Source: a virus
Taxonomy: Duplodnaviria; Caudoviricetes
DNA: 39,774 bases
Direction: 5' to 3' (one strand)
IMG/VR virus record: IMGVR_UViG_3300017780_003276
Span: 1 to 39,774 of that record
How positions within the stretch are numbered: position 1 is the stretch's first letter; every line of letters begins with the position of its first letter. This document shows, piece after piece, positions 17,432 to 27,794 of the stretch. The notes beneath the pieces were generated by a model that saw nothing but the letters and a program-made list of their open reading frames with translations, was not told where the DNA came from and searched no databases. The position numbers were made by a program, and so were the translations under genes.

Positions 17432-17662
17432 ATGCAACCAAATGATTTTATTCAGTGGCTAAGAGGATTTATTGAAGGTGTACATGACTTTAACGTTACA
17501 CCTAAGCAGTGGGATGATATAAAAGATAAACTGGATACTGTCCAACACTCTGAAAAGGGTACTTGGCATACACTAGACAGTAATAACTGGAATACCACAA
17601 CTACAAACAATTACGCAGACGTAACATATAAAACAGATGTACCAACAACAAATACAATATGA
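17432..17662 (+). CDS. Hypothetical protein (start moved to ATG 17432)
   Basis: MQPNDFIQWLRGFIEG; ATG just after upstream stop. Confidence 0.7.
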   Translation: MQPNDFIQWLRGFIEGVHDFNVTPKQWDDIKDKLDTVQHSEKGTWHTLDSNNWNTTTTNNYADVTYKTDVPTTNTI

Positions 17663-18111
17663 ATAAGGACCAATTAACAACCTGTCCTAAATGTGAATGT
17701 GATGGGTGCTATACGCTACCGATTAACGAGACAAAGAATAGTTACTTTTGCTGGGGTTGTGGTTTCCAAACCAACGACTTAATGAAAATAGGAGACTTTG
17801 ACTTTGAGGAATACGAAGAAGTAGTACCAGAACTATACAAGGATATTAAGCACGTAGATGACGATAAGAGAGTTTGGTATCCTATAACAATAAACTTAGA
17901 AACTAAGGGAACAGTCTTTGCTTACGGTAAGTCTGAGGATAATTGGGAATGGGCTGCTATTAAAGCAATACCGTTAACTGAAGTGGAAAAGGATGAACCT
18001 AAATACAAAGGAGTCAGTTATAAATCAGATGCTAAATCATTTAAGCAGTTTGGACAAGACTTTATTGAAGCATGTGATTATATTGGGTTATTTGAAAACC
18101 AGCAACAATGA
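17659..18111 (+). CDS. Hypothetical protein with N-terminal zinc finger
   Basis: CPKC...CWGCG; ATGA overlaps. Confidence 0.78.
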   Translation: MNKDQLTTCPKCECDGCYTLPINETKNSYFCWGCGFQTNDLMKIGDFDFEEYEEVVPELYKDIKHVDDDKRVWYPITINLETKGTVFAYGKSEDNWEWAAIKAIPLTEVEKDEPKYKGVSYKSDAKSFKQFGQDFIEACDYIGLFENQQQ

Positions 18112-18731
18112 TAAGAATAAGTTATGCAATAACAGCATGCAACGAGCATGTTGAATTAGAAAGACTATTAGATCAACTCAACGAACACATAAGACCGGAT
18201 GACGAGATCGTAGTACAGTTAGATAGTACAGCAACTAAGGAGGTAAAAGCAGTAGCTGAAAAATATAACGTAGTAACCCACTATGAATATCATAGAATAA
18301 CCTACAGCCTTAATAATGATTTTGCTGCGTTTAAAAACAATTTAAAGGATCACTGCACAAGAGAGTTTATAGTCTTTATAGATGCTGACGAATACTTCTC
18401 AGAAGAACTTATATTAAGTCTACCAGAGCTCGTAAATCTAAATTACAACGTAGACTTATTCCTAGTACCAAGAATTAATACTGTTGAAGGATTAACACAA
18501 GAGCATGTTAACAAATGGAAATGGCATGTTAATCAAGATGGATGGGTAAACTATCCGGATCACCAAACTCGTATTGTTAAGAATACCTCTAAAATAAAAT
18601 GGGTAAATAAAGTACACGAGAGACTGGTCGGTGCTGAAAGAATAACGACCTTACCTGAAGGGTATGATTTAATTCATCCAAAAACAATAGACAAACAAGA
18701 AAAACAAAATAACTATTACGAAACTTTATAG
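18108..18731 (+). CDS. Glycosyltransferase family 2
   Basis: ISYAITACNE, FIDADE (DxD), YPDHQTR, KVHE. Confidence 0.88.
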   Translation: MIRISYAITACNEHVELERLLDQLNEHIRPDDEIVVQLDSTATKEVKAVAEKYNVVTHYEYHRITYSLNNDFAAFKNNLKDHCTREFIVFIDADEYFSEELILSLPELVNLNYNVDLFLVPRINTVEGLTQEHVNKWKWHVNQDGWVNYPDHQTRIVKNTSKIKWVNKVHERLVGAERITTLPEGYDLIHPKTIDKQEKQNNYYETL

Positions 18732-18734
18732 ATT

Positions 18735-19346
18735 GTGAATATAACAGGAATATCTCTCGGATGGAACTGCAGTCCAGCAGGATACGGAGTAGAAAATGGA
18801 ATACGAGCACAAAAAGCTAGTGGATACCAAACATGTCCATTTGATGAAATGGTAACTAACTTACCAGGAGTGCTTGAATGCATTGCTGATGACTTTAAAT
18901 ATTTCATGGACAGTAGCTATCTTGAACTTATACAAGCTCCATTTACTACAGGAGGAATAGTACAAGGGGAAATACTACTGCACAACACTAGGTACAATTT
19001 TTTCTTTAACCACGAATCACCAGGTCATGCAGGATTGTATGCATCTCAGAACTGGCAAGGAGGTATAAACCACTATCTTGACAACGACTTTGCATTACTA
19101 AAAGAAAGGTACAATAGGAGAGTTAGTAATTTTAGGAACTATATTAACAGTGGAGATGGGATAGCTTTTATTGTAGCTAGATTTAATGCAGACTTTACAC
19201 AACTGCATGAAGTACTATCCAAAACATACCCCACCTTACAGTATGATATCTATCAAATGATACCACCAGAAGGTAAAGAAGTAGTAGCTCAGCACTATAC
19301 AATAATGCAACTACAAGATGATATTATTAATTTAGAATTGCAATAA
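18735..19346 (+). CDS. DUF1796-like (putative papain-like) protein
   Basis: ISLGWNC, TCPFD, FNHE, RYNRRVSNF pattern. Confidence 0.6.
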   Translation: MNITGISLGWNCSPAGYGVENGIRAQKASGYQTCPFDEMVTNLPGVLECIADDFKYFMDSSYLELIQAPFTTGGIVQGEILLHNTRYNFFFNHESPGHAGLYASQNWQGGINHYLDNDFALLKERYNRRVSNFRNYINSGDGIAFIVARFNADFTQLHEVLSKTYPTLQYDIYQMIPPEGKEVVAQHYTIMQLQDDIINLELQ

Positions 19347-19347
19347 G

Positions 19348-21264
19348 ATGTATAAAGTAGTACACAAACCGTGGGGAAAGGAAGAGTGGTTAGCATTGAA
19401 TGATGCTTACTGTTATAAAAGAATTTATATTAACACAGGGTACAAGACTAGTTACCAGTACCATCAATTTAAACAAGAGACCAATTACATTATAGATGGA
19501 ACTGCTGAAGTGTGGTTAGAAAATGATGAAGGAGTGGTAGAGAAAAAGATAATGGGACCTGGCGAGTTCTTTAATGTTAATCCACCAAAGAAGCATAGAG
19601 TTATAGCCATTACCGATATCATACTACAAGAAGTATCAACTCCACACGTAGATGATGTTTTTAGGATTGATGATGAATTTAATAGAGTTGATGGAAAAGT
19701 AGAGGCTGAACATAAGACGCCTGCAGTTTTAATATTGGCAGCAGGAATAGGTAGTAGGTTGAAAGACTTAACAGTAAGTGTAAACAAGGCTATGCTACCT
19801 ATTAATAACAAAGCTATCATTTCTTACATCATTGATAAGTTTCCAAAAGAGTACGACTTCGTTATAGCATTAGGATATAAAGGAGAGGAATTAAAACAAT
19901 ATTGTGAGATAACACATCCACAACATAAATTCACTTTTATCAACGTAGACAAGTACAAAGGAAAGGACTCAGGTCCAGGATATTCATCACTACAGTGTAA
20001 GGAATATTTACAACGTCCATTCTACTTTACTGTGGTAGATTGTTTAATTGATACTAAAATACCACACTTGGATGGGAATTGGTTAGGAATTTATCCTACA
20101 GCATATCCAGAGAAGTATTCAACAGTTAAGGTAGATGACAATGGAAATATACTAGACTTCCTAGGAACAAGTACGAAAGGATATGATAATGCTTTTATAG
20201 GTTTGGCTAGTATATGGGATTACGAAATCTTCTGGAATGAATTAGAATCTAATATAAAGAATGGAGAAATTGTTACAGCATTTACAAATTCAGATAAATA
20301 TCCTTCATTCAAAGCAAAACATTTAAAATGGCTAGACACAGGTAACTTGGATGACTTAAGTAAAACCAGAGAGTACTACAAAGATCAACCTATATCTTTA
20401 TACAAAATAACTGACGAGATAACCTATAAAGAAAATAAGTTCATCAAATTTAATCCAGATACTAACTTTATTAAAAACAAAGCTACTCGAGCTGATTTAT
20501 TGAAAGACTTAGTACCATCAGGGTTTACAAATACAGACCACTTCATCAGCTACGATTGGGAAGCGGGAAGCACTTTGTATAAATTTGATTCAGTAGCTCT
20601 ATATAAAGTTTTCTTAGAAAAACTTGGCAAAGTTATATATAAATCAGAGAAGTCTGAAGGAAGTCGAGATCTATTTGAAAAATTTTATATTGATAAAACT
20701 CAGCAAAGAAGAGAAAAGTTTTTAAGTAGGTTTGGTACGAGATACTTTACGAACAAGTATATAGTTAATGGAAATAGCTACGATTCTTTTAAGAACATCT
20801 TAAGTAGGGTAGATATGGAGCCATTATACAACAGTACAGTGTACACACTCTTCCACGGAGACCTTCAGTTTGATAATATAATATACTGTCCAGAGACGGA
20901 GAAGTTTACGTACATTGATTGGAGAGAGTCTTTTGGAGGATCAACAGCGGCAGGAGATATTTACTACGACTTGGCTAAGTTGTACGGAGGATGTATTATA
21001 CCATACAACTTAATGAAAGATGAGAACTCAATCAAACTTTCAGAAGGCTCAACAGTAGTTGAATATTCATACAAAGTAACAAACAGTCTCCAGCACTTTA
21101 GAGTAGATTACGAAAAGTGGCTTATTGCAAATGGATTTGATTTGACAAAAGTCAAGTTAGTCACAGCTCTTATCTATCTAAACATGTCACCTCTTCATGA
21201 TGAGAAGTTTGGAAAAATGTTATGGTTTAAGTCACTACAACTATTTGATGAACTTAGTAAATAA
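19348..21264 (+). CDS. Three-domain fusion: cupin + sugar-nucleotidyltransferase + APH/choline-kinase-like phosphotransferase
   Basis: KPWG..SYQYHQFKQE..HRV (cupin); ILAAGIGSRL..NKAML, WLDTG (NTP transferase); FHGDLQFDNI, YIDWR, YDLAKL (kinase). Confidence 0.85.
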   Translation: MYKVVHKPWGKEEWLALNDAYCYKRIYINTGYKTSYQYHQFKQETNYIIDGTAEVWLENDEGVVEKKIMGPGEFFNVNPPKKHRVIAITDIILQEVSTPHVDDVFRIDDEFNRVDGKVEAEHKTPAVLILAAGIGSRLKDLTVSVNKAMLPINNKAIISYIIDKFPKEYDFVIALGYKGEELKQYCEITHPQHKFTFINVDKYKGKDSGPGYSSLQCKEYLQRPFYFTVVDCLIDTKIPHLDGNWLGIYPTAYPEKYSTVKVDDNGNILDFLGTSTKGYDNAFIGLASIWDYEIFWNELESNIKNGEIVTAFTNSDKYPSFKAKHLKWLDTGNLDDLSKTREYYKDQPISLYKITDEITYKENKFIKFNPDTNFIKNKATRADLLKDLVPSGFTNTDHFISYDWEAGSTLYKFDSVALYKVFLEKLGKVIYKSEKSEGSRDLFEKFYIDKTQQRREKFLSRFGTRYFTNKYIVNGNSYDSFKNILSRVDMEPLYNSTVYTLFHGDLQFDNIIYCPETEKFTYIDWRESFGGSTAAGDIYYDLAKLYGGCIIPYNLMKDENSIKLSEGSTVVEYSYKVTNSLQHFRVDYEKWLIANGFDLTKVKLVTALIYLNMSPLHDEKFGKMLWFKSLQLFDELSK

Positions 21265-21859
21265 GGATACTAAAATATACTGTTCCTTTTCCTCTAATCC
21301 AGGAAACAATGGATGCGTGTACTTCAATACTAAGTTCCAACAGAATGGAATAAATGCAATTTACAAATCATTCTACTCAGATAACATAGAGAAGTCTGTG
21401 CAAGCTGTGAAGAGTTTAGGTATAGTAGGGTTTGCTGTTAGTATGCCATTTAAGGTAGAAGTACTTAAGTATGTTGATGACATGGACATATCAGTTAAGG
21501 AGATTGGAGCAGCCAATACAATTCTTAATGTAGATGGATATCTAAAAGCATACAACACAGATTGGTTAGGAGTGAGTAAGTACTTAACATTACCTCCAAA
21601 ACACCTAAGTATTTTAGGTGATGGGGGTTTTAGTAAAGCTGTACAATATGCTTGCAAGTCTCTACAAACTGAGTATGCAGTGTATACAAGAGAGCACTGG
21701 CACAAAGTCTCACAGTTAACAGGAGTAGTCTTCAACGCAACCCCAGTAGACGTACAAGTAGAAGGGGACCTTATAGATGGAAGACCATTTACAGTAACTG
21801 GTAAAGCTATTGCTGAGTTACAAGCAGAAGAACAATTTAAACTTTATACAAATGAGTAA
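21248..21859 (+). CDS. Shikimate dehydrogenase-like protein (SdhL-type), compact; start moved to ATG 21248
   Basis: NKDT.., IYKSF, AVSMPFK, GAANTI, AYNTDW, ILGDGGFSKAV, NATP. Confidence 0.8.
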   Translation: MNLVNKDTKIYCSFSSNPGNNGCVYFNTKFQQNGINAIYKSFYSDNIEKSVQAVKSLGIVGFAVSMPFKVEVLKYVDDMDISVKEIGAANTILNVDGYLKAYNTDWLGVSKYLTLPPKHLSILGDGGFSKAVQYACKSLQTEYAVYTREHWHKVSQLTGVVFNATPVDVQVEGDLIDGRPFTVTGKAIAELQAEEQFKLYTNE

Positions 21860-22838
21860 CATAAAATACTTTATAGGTCCAATGACCAAAAATGTAGTAG
21901 ATGCTATATTAGAATATTCAAATAAGTCGGGAAATATAATAGGACTAATCCCTTCGAGAAGACAGGTTGAGTTCGATGGTGGGTATGTTAACAACTGGAC
22001 CACAGAAGAGTTTAGTAAATACATTAGATCCACTCCAAGCAATACAGTACTAAAAAGAGATCACTCAGGACCAGGACAGGGACAGTCGGATGATGATGGT
22101 TACCAATCCCTATCAGAGGATTGTAAGTATTTAGATTTAATTCATATTGATCCTTGGAAAAAGTATCCTGCTTTTAATTTAGGATTAAAAGAGACTATCA
22201 AAATGATTGAACATTGTTATGATTTGAATCCTAGTATAGAATATGAAGTGGGTACTGAGGAAGCTATAAGAAGATTTGAACCTTATGAATTAGATGAATT
22301 GGTTTCTCAATTAAAATCTAAATTAGATTCTGAAGTATTTGCAAAAATAAAATACCTAGTAATACAGTCAGGCACTTCTTTAAAAGGAAATATTCAAACA
22401 GGAGCTTACGATAGTCAGAGGTTACTAGACATGGTGGCAGTGGCTAAAAAGTATAATTTAATTTCTAAAGAACACAATGGAGATTACATACCTGTACATA
22501 TTATTCATGAAAAATTTGAATTAGGACTTGATTCAATTAACATTGCTCCTGAGTTTGGATTAATTGAAACGCAAACATATCTAGATCAAATGGAGGAAAA
22601 TGGTGAGGATTTTATAAATTATTGGCAAATATGTTATGACTCTAATAAATGGGTAAAGTGGGTAGACAATGGATTTGATCCAATAGCACGTAAAAAAGAA
22701 CTAATACAAATATGTGGACATTATGTATTATCTAATACATCTTTTGTTGCTATTAAGAAAAAATATCCGTATATTGATAATATCATTAAATATAATTTAT
22801 TAAATAAGCTTTACCAACTACATGGACAATCGACCTAA
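21852..22838 (+). CDS. KbaZ/GatZ-like TIM-barrel (tagatose-phosphate aldolase/epimerase family); start moved to ATG 21852
   Basis: IGPMTKN, SRRQVEFDGGY, RDHSGPG, IHIDP, YEVGTEE, KEHNGDY, NIAPEFG. Confidence 0.75.
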   Translation: MSNIKYFIGPMTKNVVDAILEYSNKSGNIIGLIPSRRQVEFDGGYVNNWTTEEFSKYIRSTPSNTVLKRDHSGPGQGQSDDDGYQSLSEDCKYLDLIHIDPWKKYPAFNLGLKETIKMIEHCYDLNPSIEYEVGTEEAIRRFEPYELDELVSQLKSKLDSEVFAKIKYLVIQSGTSLKGNIQTGAYDSQRLLDMVAVAKKYNLISKEHNGDYIPVHIIHEKFELGLDSINIAPEFGLIETQTYLDQMEENGEDFINYWQICYDSNKWVKWVDNGFDPIARKKELIQICGHYVLSNTSFVAIKKKYPYIDNIIKYNLLNKLYQLHGQST

Positions 22839-23178
22839 AACAATAATCTGCGACATAGACGGAACATTATGCAAGCATAAAATTCCTACCTTAAACACAG
22901 CACCACTACCACTAGAAGTACTCCCAGGAACCGTAGAGAAATTATCAGAGTGGGATGCAAAAGGATACAACATCGTTTTAATTACAGGCAGGAGAGAGTC
23001 CATGAGAAAGACTACCGAGCAACAATTGGCTGAAGCTGGAATCTTTTATGATCAATTAGTAATGGGAGTTGGCGGAGGAGCTAGAATCTTGATTAATGAC
23101 AATAAGCCTGATGGAAAGCAAGCAGCAATGTGTATTAATCTTCAACGAAACATAGGAATTAGTAATATTAATATATAA
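22822..23178 (+). CDS. Small HAD-family phosphatase
   Basis: CDIDGTL, ITGR, LINDNK. Confidence 0.85.
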   Translation: MDNRPKTIICDIDGTLCKHKIPTLNTAPLPLEVLPGTVEKLSEWDAKGYNIVLITGRRESMRKTTEQQLAEAGIFYDQLVMGVGGGARILINDNKPDGKQAAMCINLQRNIGISNINI

Positions 23179-23184
23179 ATAAAC

Positions 23185-23859
23185 ATGTTCATAGTACCGT
23201 GTAAATATATCGAGGGCAGAAGCCTCATCAGAGAGTGCATCGAATCAATAAGGACACACCACCCAGAAGAAATGATAGTGGTGGTGGACTCTAACTCAGA
23301 CGATCTTTCCTATTTTGAATATCTAGAACAAGTTTCTAATGTAGTAATATGTAATAAGAAAAATCCAAACTACATTATAGGTGCTCTATGGAAAGCATAC
23401 GAAATGTACCCAGACGAACATCACTACGTACTTATTCACGATACTATTATACTCAAGAAGCCATTGGATAGGTTCTTACACGACGAAGAGACCTACTCCT
23501 TTTTGTACTTTGATGAGCATCCACCTAGTGCTGAAAATCAAGCGATACTCGATAGATTTATCCTACCTAACTACACACACCCTCTAGAAACTCCGTTACT
23601 GGGAGTGTGGGGAACAGCAGCTATTTTGAAAAATAGTATAGTAAAAAAATTCATAGAGATGAATTTACATAATAGCTATCTTCCAAATAATAAGATAGAA
23701 TGCCATATGTCAGAAAGAGCATTAGGTGTATTGCTTGCTAAGGAAGGCATAGACTTTGTAACTAACTGTGTGGAACAAAAAAACTGCTTAGTACATTGGG
23801 GCAATATGTTCGATAACGGATTTGATTATATTAGAAAAGTAATAACAATAAGAGATTAA
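23185..23859 (+). CDS. Glycosyltransferase-like (GT-A)
   Basis: CIESIR, VVVDSNS, LIHD, ERALG. Confidence 0.7.
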   Translation: MFIVPCKYIEGRSLIRECIESIRTHHPEEMIVVVDSNSDDLSYFEYLEQVSNVVICNKKNPNYIIGALWKAYEMYPDEHHYVLIHDTIILKKPLDRFLHDEETYSFLYFDEHPPSAENQAILDRFILPNYTHPLETPLLGVWGTAAILKNSIVKKFIEMNLHNSYLPNNKIECHMSERALGVLLAKEGIDFVTNCVEQKNCLVHWGNMFDNGFDYIRKVITIRD

Positions 23860-23861
23860 TT

Positions 23862-25136
23862 ATGAAATTTATACAAGTAGGAGCACACGTAGGTAATGAT
23901 GAAGCATTTGACATTATTAAGAACTATGATATTGAACTAGGAATACTTATCGAACCATTACCACAACTAGTACCCAAGCTACAAGAAGCTTACAAAGGTA
24001 TTCCAAATATAGTTATAGAGAATAAAGCAATTGCTGTTGATAGTAGTGATAGCATTTCTTTTTATGTTGATACAAAAGATCCAATCACTGAGCTAAGCTC
24101 TATGAACAAGCAACACCTACTGGAACACAAAGTAGAGGAGAAGGACATCCAGGAGATAAAAGTGCAGACAGAGACATTGGAAAGTATTTTAGATAGATAT
24201 AATATTACAGAACTAGATTACTTATTTATAGATACTGAAGGATTTGACTGTGATATTTTAAACTCCTTTGATATGAGCAGGTATAAAATTCACAATATAA
24301 TCTTTGAGGATATTCATGCTGATGGTACGGGTCTGAGGGGTCTGAAGTATAGTACTGTGGTGCGGAAGCTAGAATCAGAAGGATATAGAGTAGAGAAGTA
24401 CAGTAACAATAATACTAGATGCAAACTAGACACCACCCTACACATACTATACAGAATATCAGATAGTGGCTATGCAAAAGTAAAACCTTCCTACATAGGC
24501 AATGAACCTTGTTTAAAAAATGCAATAGATAGATTTCCACCTAGTAAATTTAATTGGACAGTTATTGCTGATAATGTATCGGAAGATACTGCAAGGATGA
24601 TCGAAAAGTATGTAGATAAGGATAGCATACAACATGTAAGTATAGGACATGGAGCAGGTACCTTTAATATAGCTTTGGATCAAGCACTTGGTAAAGATTC
24701 TAAGGATATTGTATACTTCTTAGAGAACGATTACCTACATAGAAAGGGCTCTTACCAAGCTGTAATAAGTGCTACAAAGACACTATCACCATCTTTCATC
24801 TCTCTATACGACCACCCGGATAAGTATATGGATCCATCTATAGGTGGTAATCCATACTGTGAAGGAGGAGCAGAGGATACTAGAGTTTATTTAGTAGGAA
24901 ATGCTCACTGGAAGATAACAAATTCAACTACAATGACATTTGCAGCAAGAGTAGAAACTCTAAAAAGAGTTGAGCCTACTTTAAGAAAGTGGACAAATAC
25001 ACCACATCCTCATGATTTTGAAATGTTCATAGAACTAAGAGAACAAAACGAAATATTAATAACATCCATACCAGGATACTCCACTCACGGAGAAACACAA
25101 TGGTTAGCCCCAACTATTGACTGGAGTAACCAATAA
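23862..25136 (+). CDS. FkbM-family methyltransferase fused to a GT-A domain
   Basis: IQVGAHVG, LIEP, IDTEGFD; C-half YFLENDYLH. Confidence 0.82.
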   Translation: MKFIQVGAHVGNDEAFDIIKNYDIELGILIEPLPQLVPKLQEAYKGIPNIVIENKAIAVDSSDSISFYVDTKDPITELSSMNKQHLLEHKVEEKDIQEIKVQTETLESILDRYNITELDYLFIDTEGFDCDILNSFDMSRYKIHNIIFEDIHADGTGLRGLKYSTVVRKLESEGYRVEKYSNNNTRCKLDTTLHILYRISDSGYAKVKPSYIGNEPCLKNAIDRFPPSKFNWTVIADNVSEDTARMIEKYVDKDSIQHVSIGHGAGTFNIALDQALGKDSKDIVYFLENDYLHRKGSYQAVISATKTLSPSFISLYDHPDKYMDPSIGGNPYCEGGAEDTRVYLVGNAHWKITNSTTMTFAARVETLKRVEPTLRKWTNTPHPHDFEMFIELREQNEILITSIPGYSTHGETQWLAPTIDWSNQ

Positions 25137-25142
25137 TCTATT

Positions 25143-25874
25143 ATGAAAACATTAGTAACAATACTACACTATAACACACCAGAGTTAACAGATAATCTAT
25201 ACGAAACACTAAAGCCGTACGAAAAGGATGTATATGATTTAGCAATTATAGACAATGGTTCACATGCTGATAAGAAAAGCAAATATGCCTCGTATGAATT
25301 AAAGCAGAATTACTTCTACGGAGGAGGTGTAAGCACTATCCTAGAGATGTTCCTAGACTCCCCTCAGTACGATTCGGTAATGATATTAAACAGCGATATC
25401 ATATGTCACGGTGAGGATTATGTCAAAACACTAAGAGATGAACTATTCTCAGGAGACTTTATGATAGTATCCCCTTGCATACTAGAGCCCTATCTAGGAA
25501 ATCAAACTTGCTGGAAACCAATGAGACCTTGGCATACTAATACAACTAGGCAAGTACCTTGGATTGATTTTCAAGCTCCTTTAATGCAACGTAAGTTTGT
25601 AGAAACTCTACATCCTATTGATTTGCAACTAGTATATGGATGGGGCATAGATATACTATCTGGAGTACTTTGTGAAGAGAATAACTGGAAGATAGGAGTA
25701 TGTGACAAAGTACCGTCTGTACACTTAATCAGCCAAACAATAAAACAAAACCCAGAAGAACTTTCAGAGGTAAATAGTTTAGCAGAAAAAAACATGTTTG
25801 AATATTTTGAAAAGATAAATAAATATCCTAACTTTATAGATATGAGAACTAGATCTTTTAATTATGAAATATAA
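25143..25874 (+). CDS. Glycosyltransferase family 2
   Basis: ILHYN, IIDNGS, LNSD, YGWGID. Confidence 0.82.
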   Translation: MKTLVTILHYNTPELTDNLYETLKPYEKDVYDLAIIDNGSHADKKSKYASYELKQNYFYGGGVSTILEMFLDSPQYDSVMILNSDIICHGEDYVKTLRDELFSGDFMIVSPCILEPYLGNQTCWKPMRPWHTNTTRQVPWIDFQAPLMQRKFVETLHPIDLQLVYGWGIDILSGVLCEENNWKIGVCDKVPSVHLISQTIKQNPEELSEVNSLAEKNMFEYFEKINKYPNFIDMRTRSFNYEI

Positions 25875-26028
25875 TACATTAGCAACTTTACACATCATGT
25901 GGTATGAGAGTGAGATGATGAGAGAATTTGTATATGTGGAGGACGCAACACCAGCGTGTGTATCTTTAATGAATAGTTCGTATATTGGATCATACAACTG
26001 TCCTACGAGTGGTACAAACAAACTTTAA
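25864..26028 (+). pseudogene. Chimeric 54-codon deletion scar (GT N-terminus fused to fcl fragments)
   Basis: TLHIMWYE ~ TLHVMWYE of ORF 26918; MREFVYVEDATPACVSLMNSSYIGSYNC ~ fcl MREFVYVDDVASACISLMNSTHTGSYNC. Confidence 0.8.
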
Positions 26029-26037
26029 CTAAATAAT

Positions 26038-26925
26038 ATGATTACATTTACATTATCAACTCTCAATACTATAAATTATTTAAAATTAGCTGTTGAGTCT
26101 GTAAGAAAGAACTCTTACTACAAAGATGCACCTTTTGTAATACATGCTGAAAATTGTACTGACGGTACGGATGAGTGGTTGCAAGAGAATAAGGAAAAGT
26201 ATAACTTAGAGATTTACATTGAAAAAAATGAAGTACCAAGGGGTATAGGTGGAGGTATGAACTTCTGTGCAGATAAGGTAAGAACAAAGTATATAGGGTT
26301 CCTATCATCAGATTTTTATATGGGCATCGATTGGGATTTGGAACTAGTCAGATTGTGTGAGGAAAGTCCTAATAAAAAACTATGGACATTTTGCTATAGA
26401 GTAGAGCCTGATATCTTCAACGATCCTAATCATAGACCTGGAGTTGTTAAAGCAGCAATTGAAGACTTTGGTGAGTTTCATCATAACTTTAATAAAGAAA
26501 GATTCTTAGAATGGAGTAACATGTTTAGTGTTGATAATGATATACAATTTGCAATACCGCAAGGTGTAAGTGGTGTAATTAAAAAAGAGGACTGGGATTA
26601 TGTAGGTGGTAATGATGATAGATTTGCACCTATGTACTGGGAAGATGCTGATATCTTTATTAGAATGCTTAACGAAGGGTATGAGTTCATTACAACAACA
26701 AAATCTGTACTATTCCACTTTGCATCTAGGACAAGCAGATTCCCAGACGATAACCTAAAGCAGAGACCAAAACACTTAGCAGACCACGAACAAAGAAGTT
26801 TACAGAGGTTTATTAAAAAATACGGAAGACTACCTCAGCACGGACCTAACGGTGAGTATTACCCAATGCTTGCTGTAGACGGATCACCTAATAGAATAAC
26901 TCAAACAAATTTAAAAAATGAATAA
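26038..26925 (+). CDS. Glycosyltransferase family 2
   Basis: CTDGT, GIGGGMN, LSSD, GGNDDRF, WEDAD, FHFAS. Confidence 0.85.
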   Translation: MITFTLSTLNTINYLKLAVESVRKNSYYKDAPFVIHAENCTDGTDEWLQENKEKYNLEIYIEKNEVPRGIGGGMNFCADKVRTKYIGFLSSDFYMGIDWDLELVRLCEESPNKKLWTFCYRVEPDIFNDPNHRPGVVKAAIEDFGEFHHNFNKERFLEWSNMFSVDNDIQFAIPQGVSGVIKKEDWDYVGGNDDRFAPMYWEDADIFIRMLNEGYEFITTTKSVLFHFASRTSRFPDDNLKQRPKHLADHEQRSLQRFIKKYGRLPQHGPNGEYYPMLAVDGSPNRITQTNLKNE

Positions 26926-27790
26926 GTTATTATGTACACTACATGTAATGTGGTATGAATATTTAATGATTAGTGAAACATTAGATTCAATACAGCAAGC
27001 TATTGCTAATGCAGTAGAACCTGTTGAGTTAATTATATGTTTAAATTCACAAACTTATATTGAAAAACCAAATGACGATATAGATACAGAGAGTGTATTC
27101 GATATCTTTTTAAACCATCCAGTACTAGAAACTGCAACCATAATTAGAAAGACAGATAGTGATCCGTTTTATAATATAGGAGATTGGGCTAGAGACATCT
27201 ACGGTCCCAAATACGATTATAAGTACATAGTATGGGGCGAAAGCGATTGCCTAATACCGGAAGATTATTTTTATTTACTTCAAAGTATAGATATTGATCA
27301 TCCACATACAATATCATTAGCTAATCGAAAAATGTGGGATACTAGTTGGGATGAGGTTGAACATCCACTTATTCAAAAAATACCTAGAACAGGACCGCCA
27401 GAAGAGCCACAAAGGAATACACCAGAACCTTTAGGAGCAGGACATTATATTAGTCAAGCACAATTGAATGATTTTAACCGTGAATTTGAACCGGAACTAA
27501 TTAGATTATCACAGCCTAAAGTAGACGGCTGTATGACAGCAATGTCTAGAAACTTTCCAGACTCTTTTATAGCAGATGGATTACATATAGGAGGTCATGA
27601 TACGTACTTGGAACTGTTTATGAAAAAATATCAAATACCACAATACCACATTACAACTAGATTAAAAGGACATAACTGTACACATCCTAATAAACGAACA
27701 GGAACAAGTACAACTAGAGGTAGTGAAGCATATAAAAAATATGCACAACAATGCACTGAATTAATTCAAAAACTTATACACGAAAAATAA
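26918..27790 (+). CDS. Putative glycosyltransferase (GT-A-like)
   Basis: WGESDC (DxD-like); island context. Confidence 0.6.
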   Translation: MNKLLCTLHVMWYEYLMISETLDSIQQAIANAVEPVELIICLNSQTYIEKPNDDIDTESVFDIFLNHPVLETATIIRKTDSDPFYNIGDWARDIYGPKYDYKYIVWGESDCLIPEDYFYLLQSIDIDHPHTISLANRKMWDTSWDEVEHPLIQKIPRTGPPEEPQRNTPEPLGAGHYISQAQLNDFNREFEPELIRLSQPKVDGCMTAMSRNFPDSFIADGLHIGGHDTYLELFMKKYQIPQYHITTRLKGHNCTHPNKRTGTSTTRGSEAYKKYAQQCTELIQKLIHEK

Positions 27791-27794
27791 AAAC

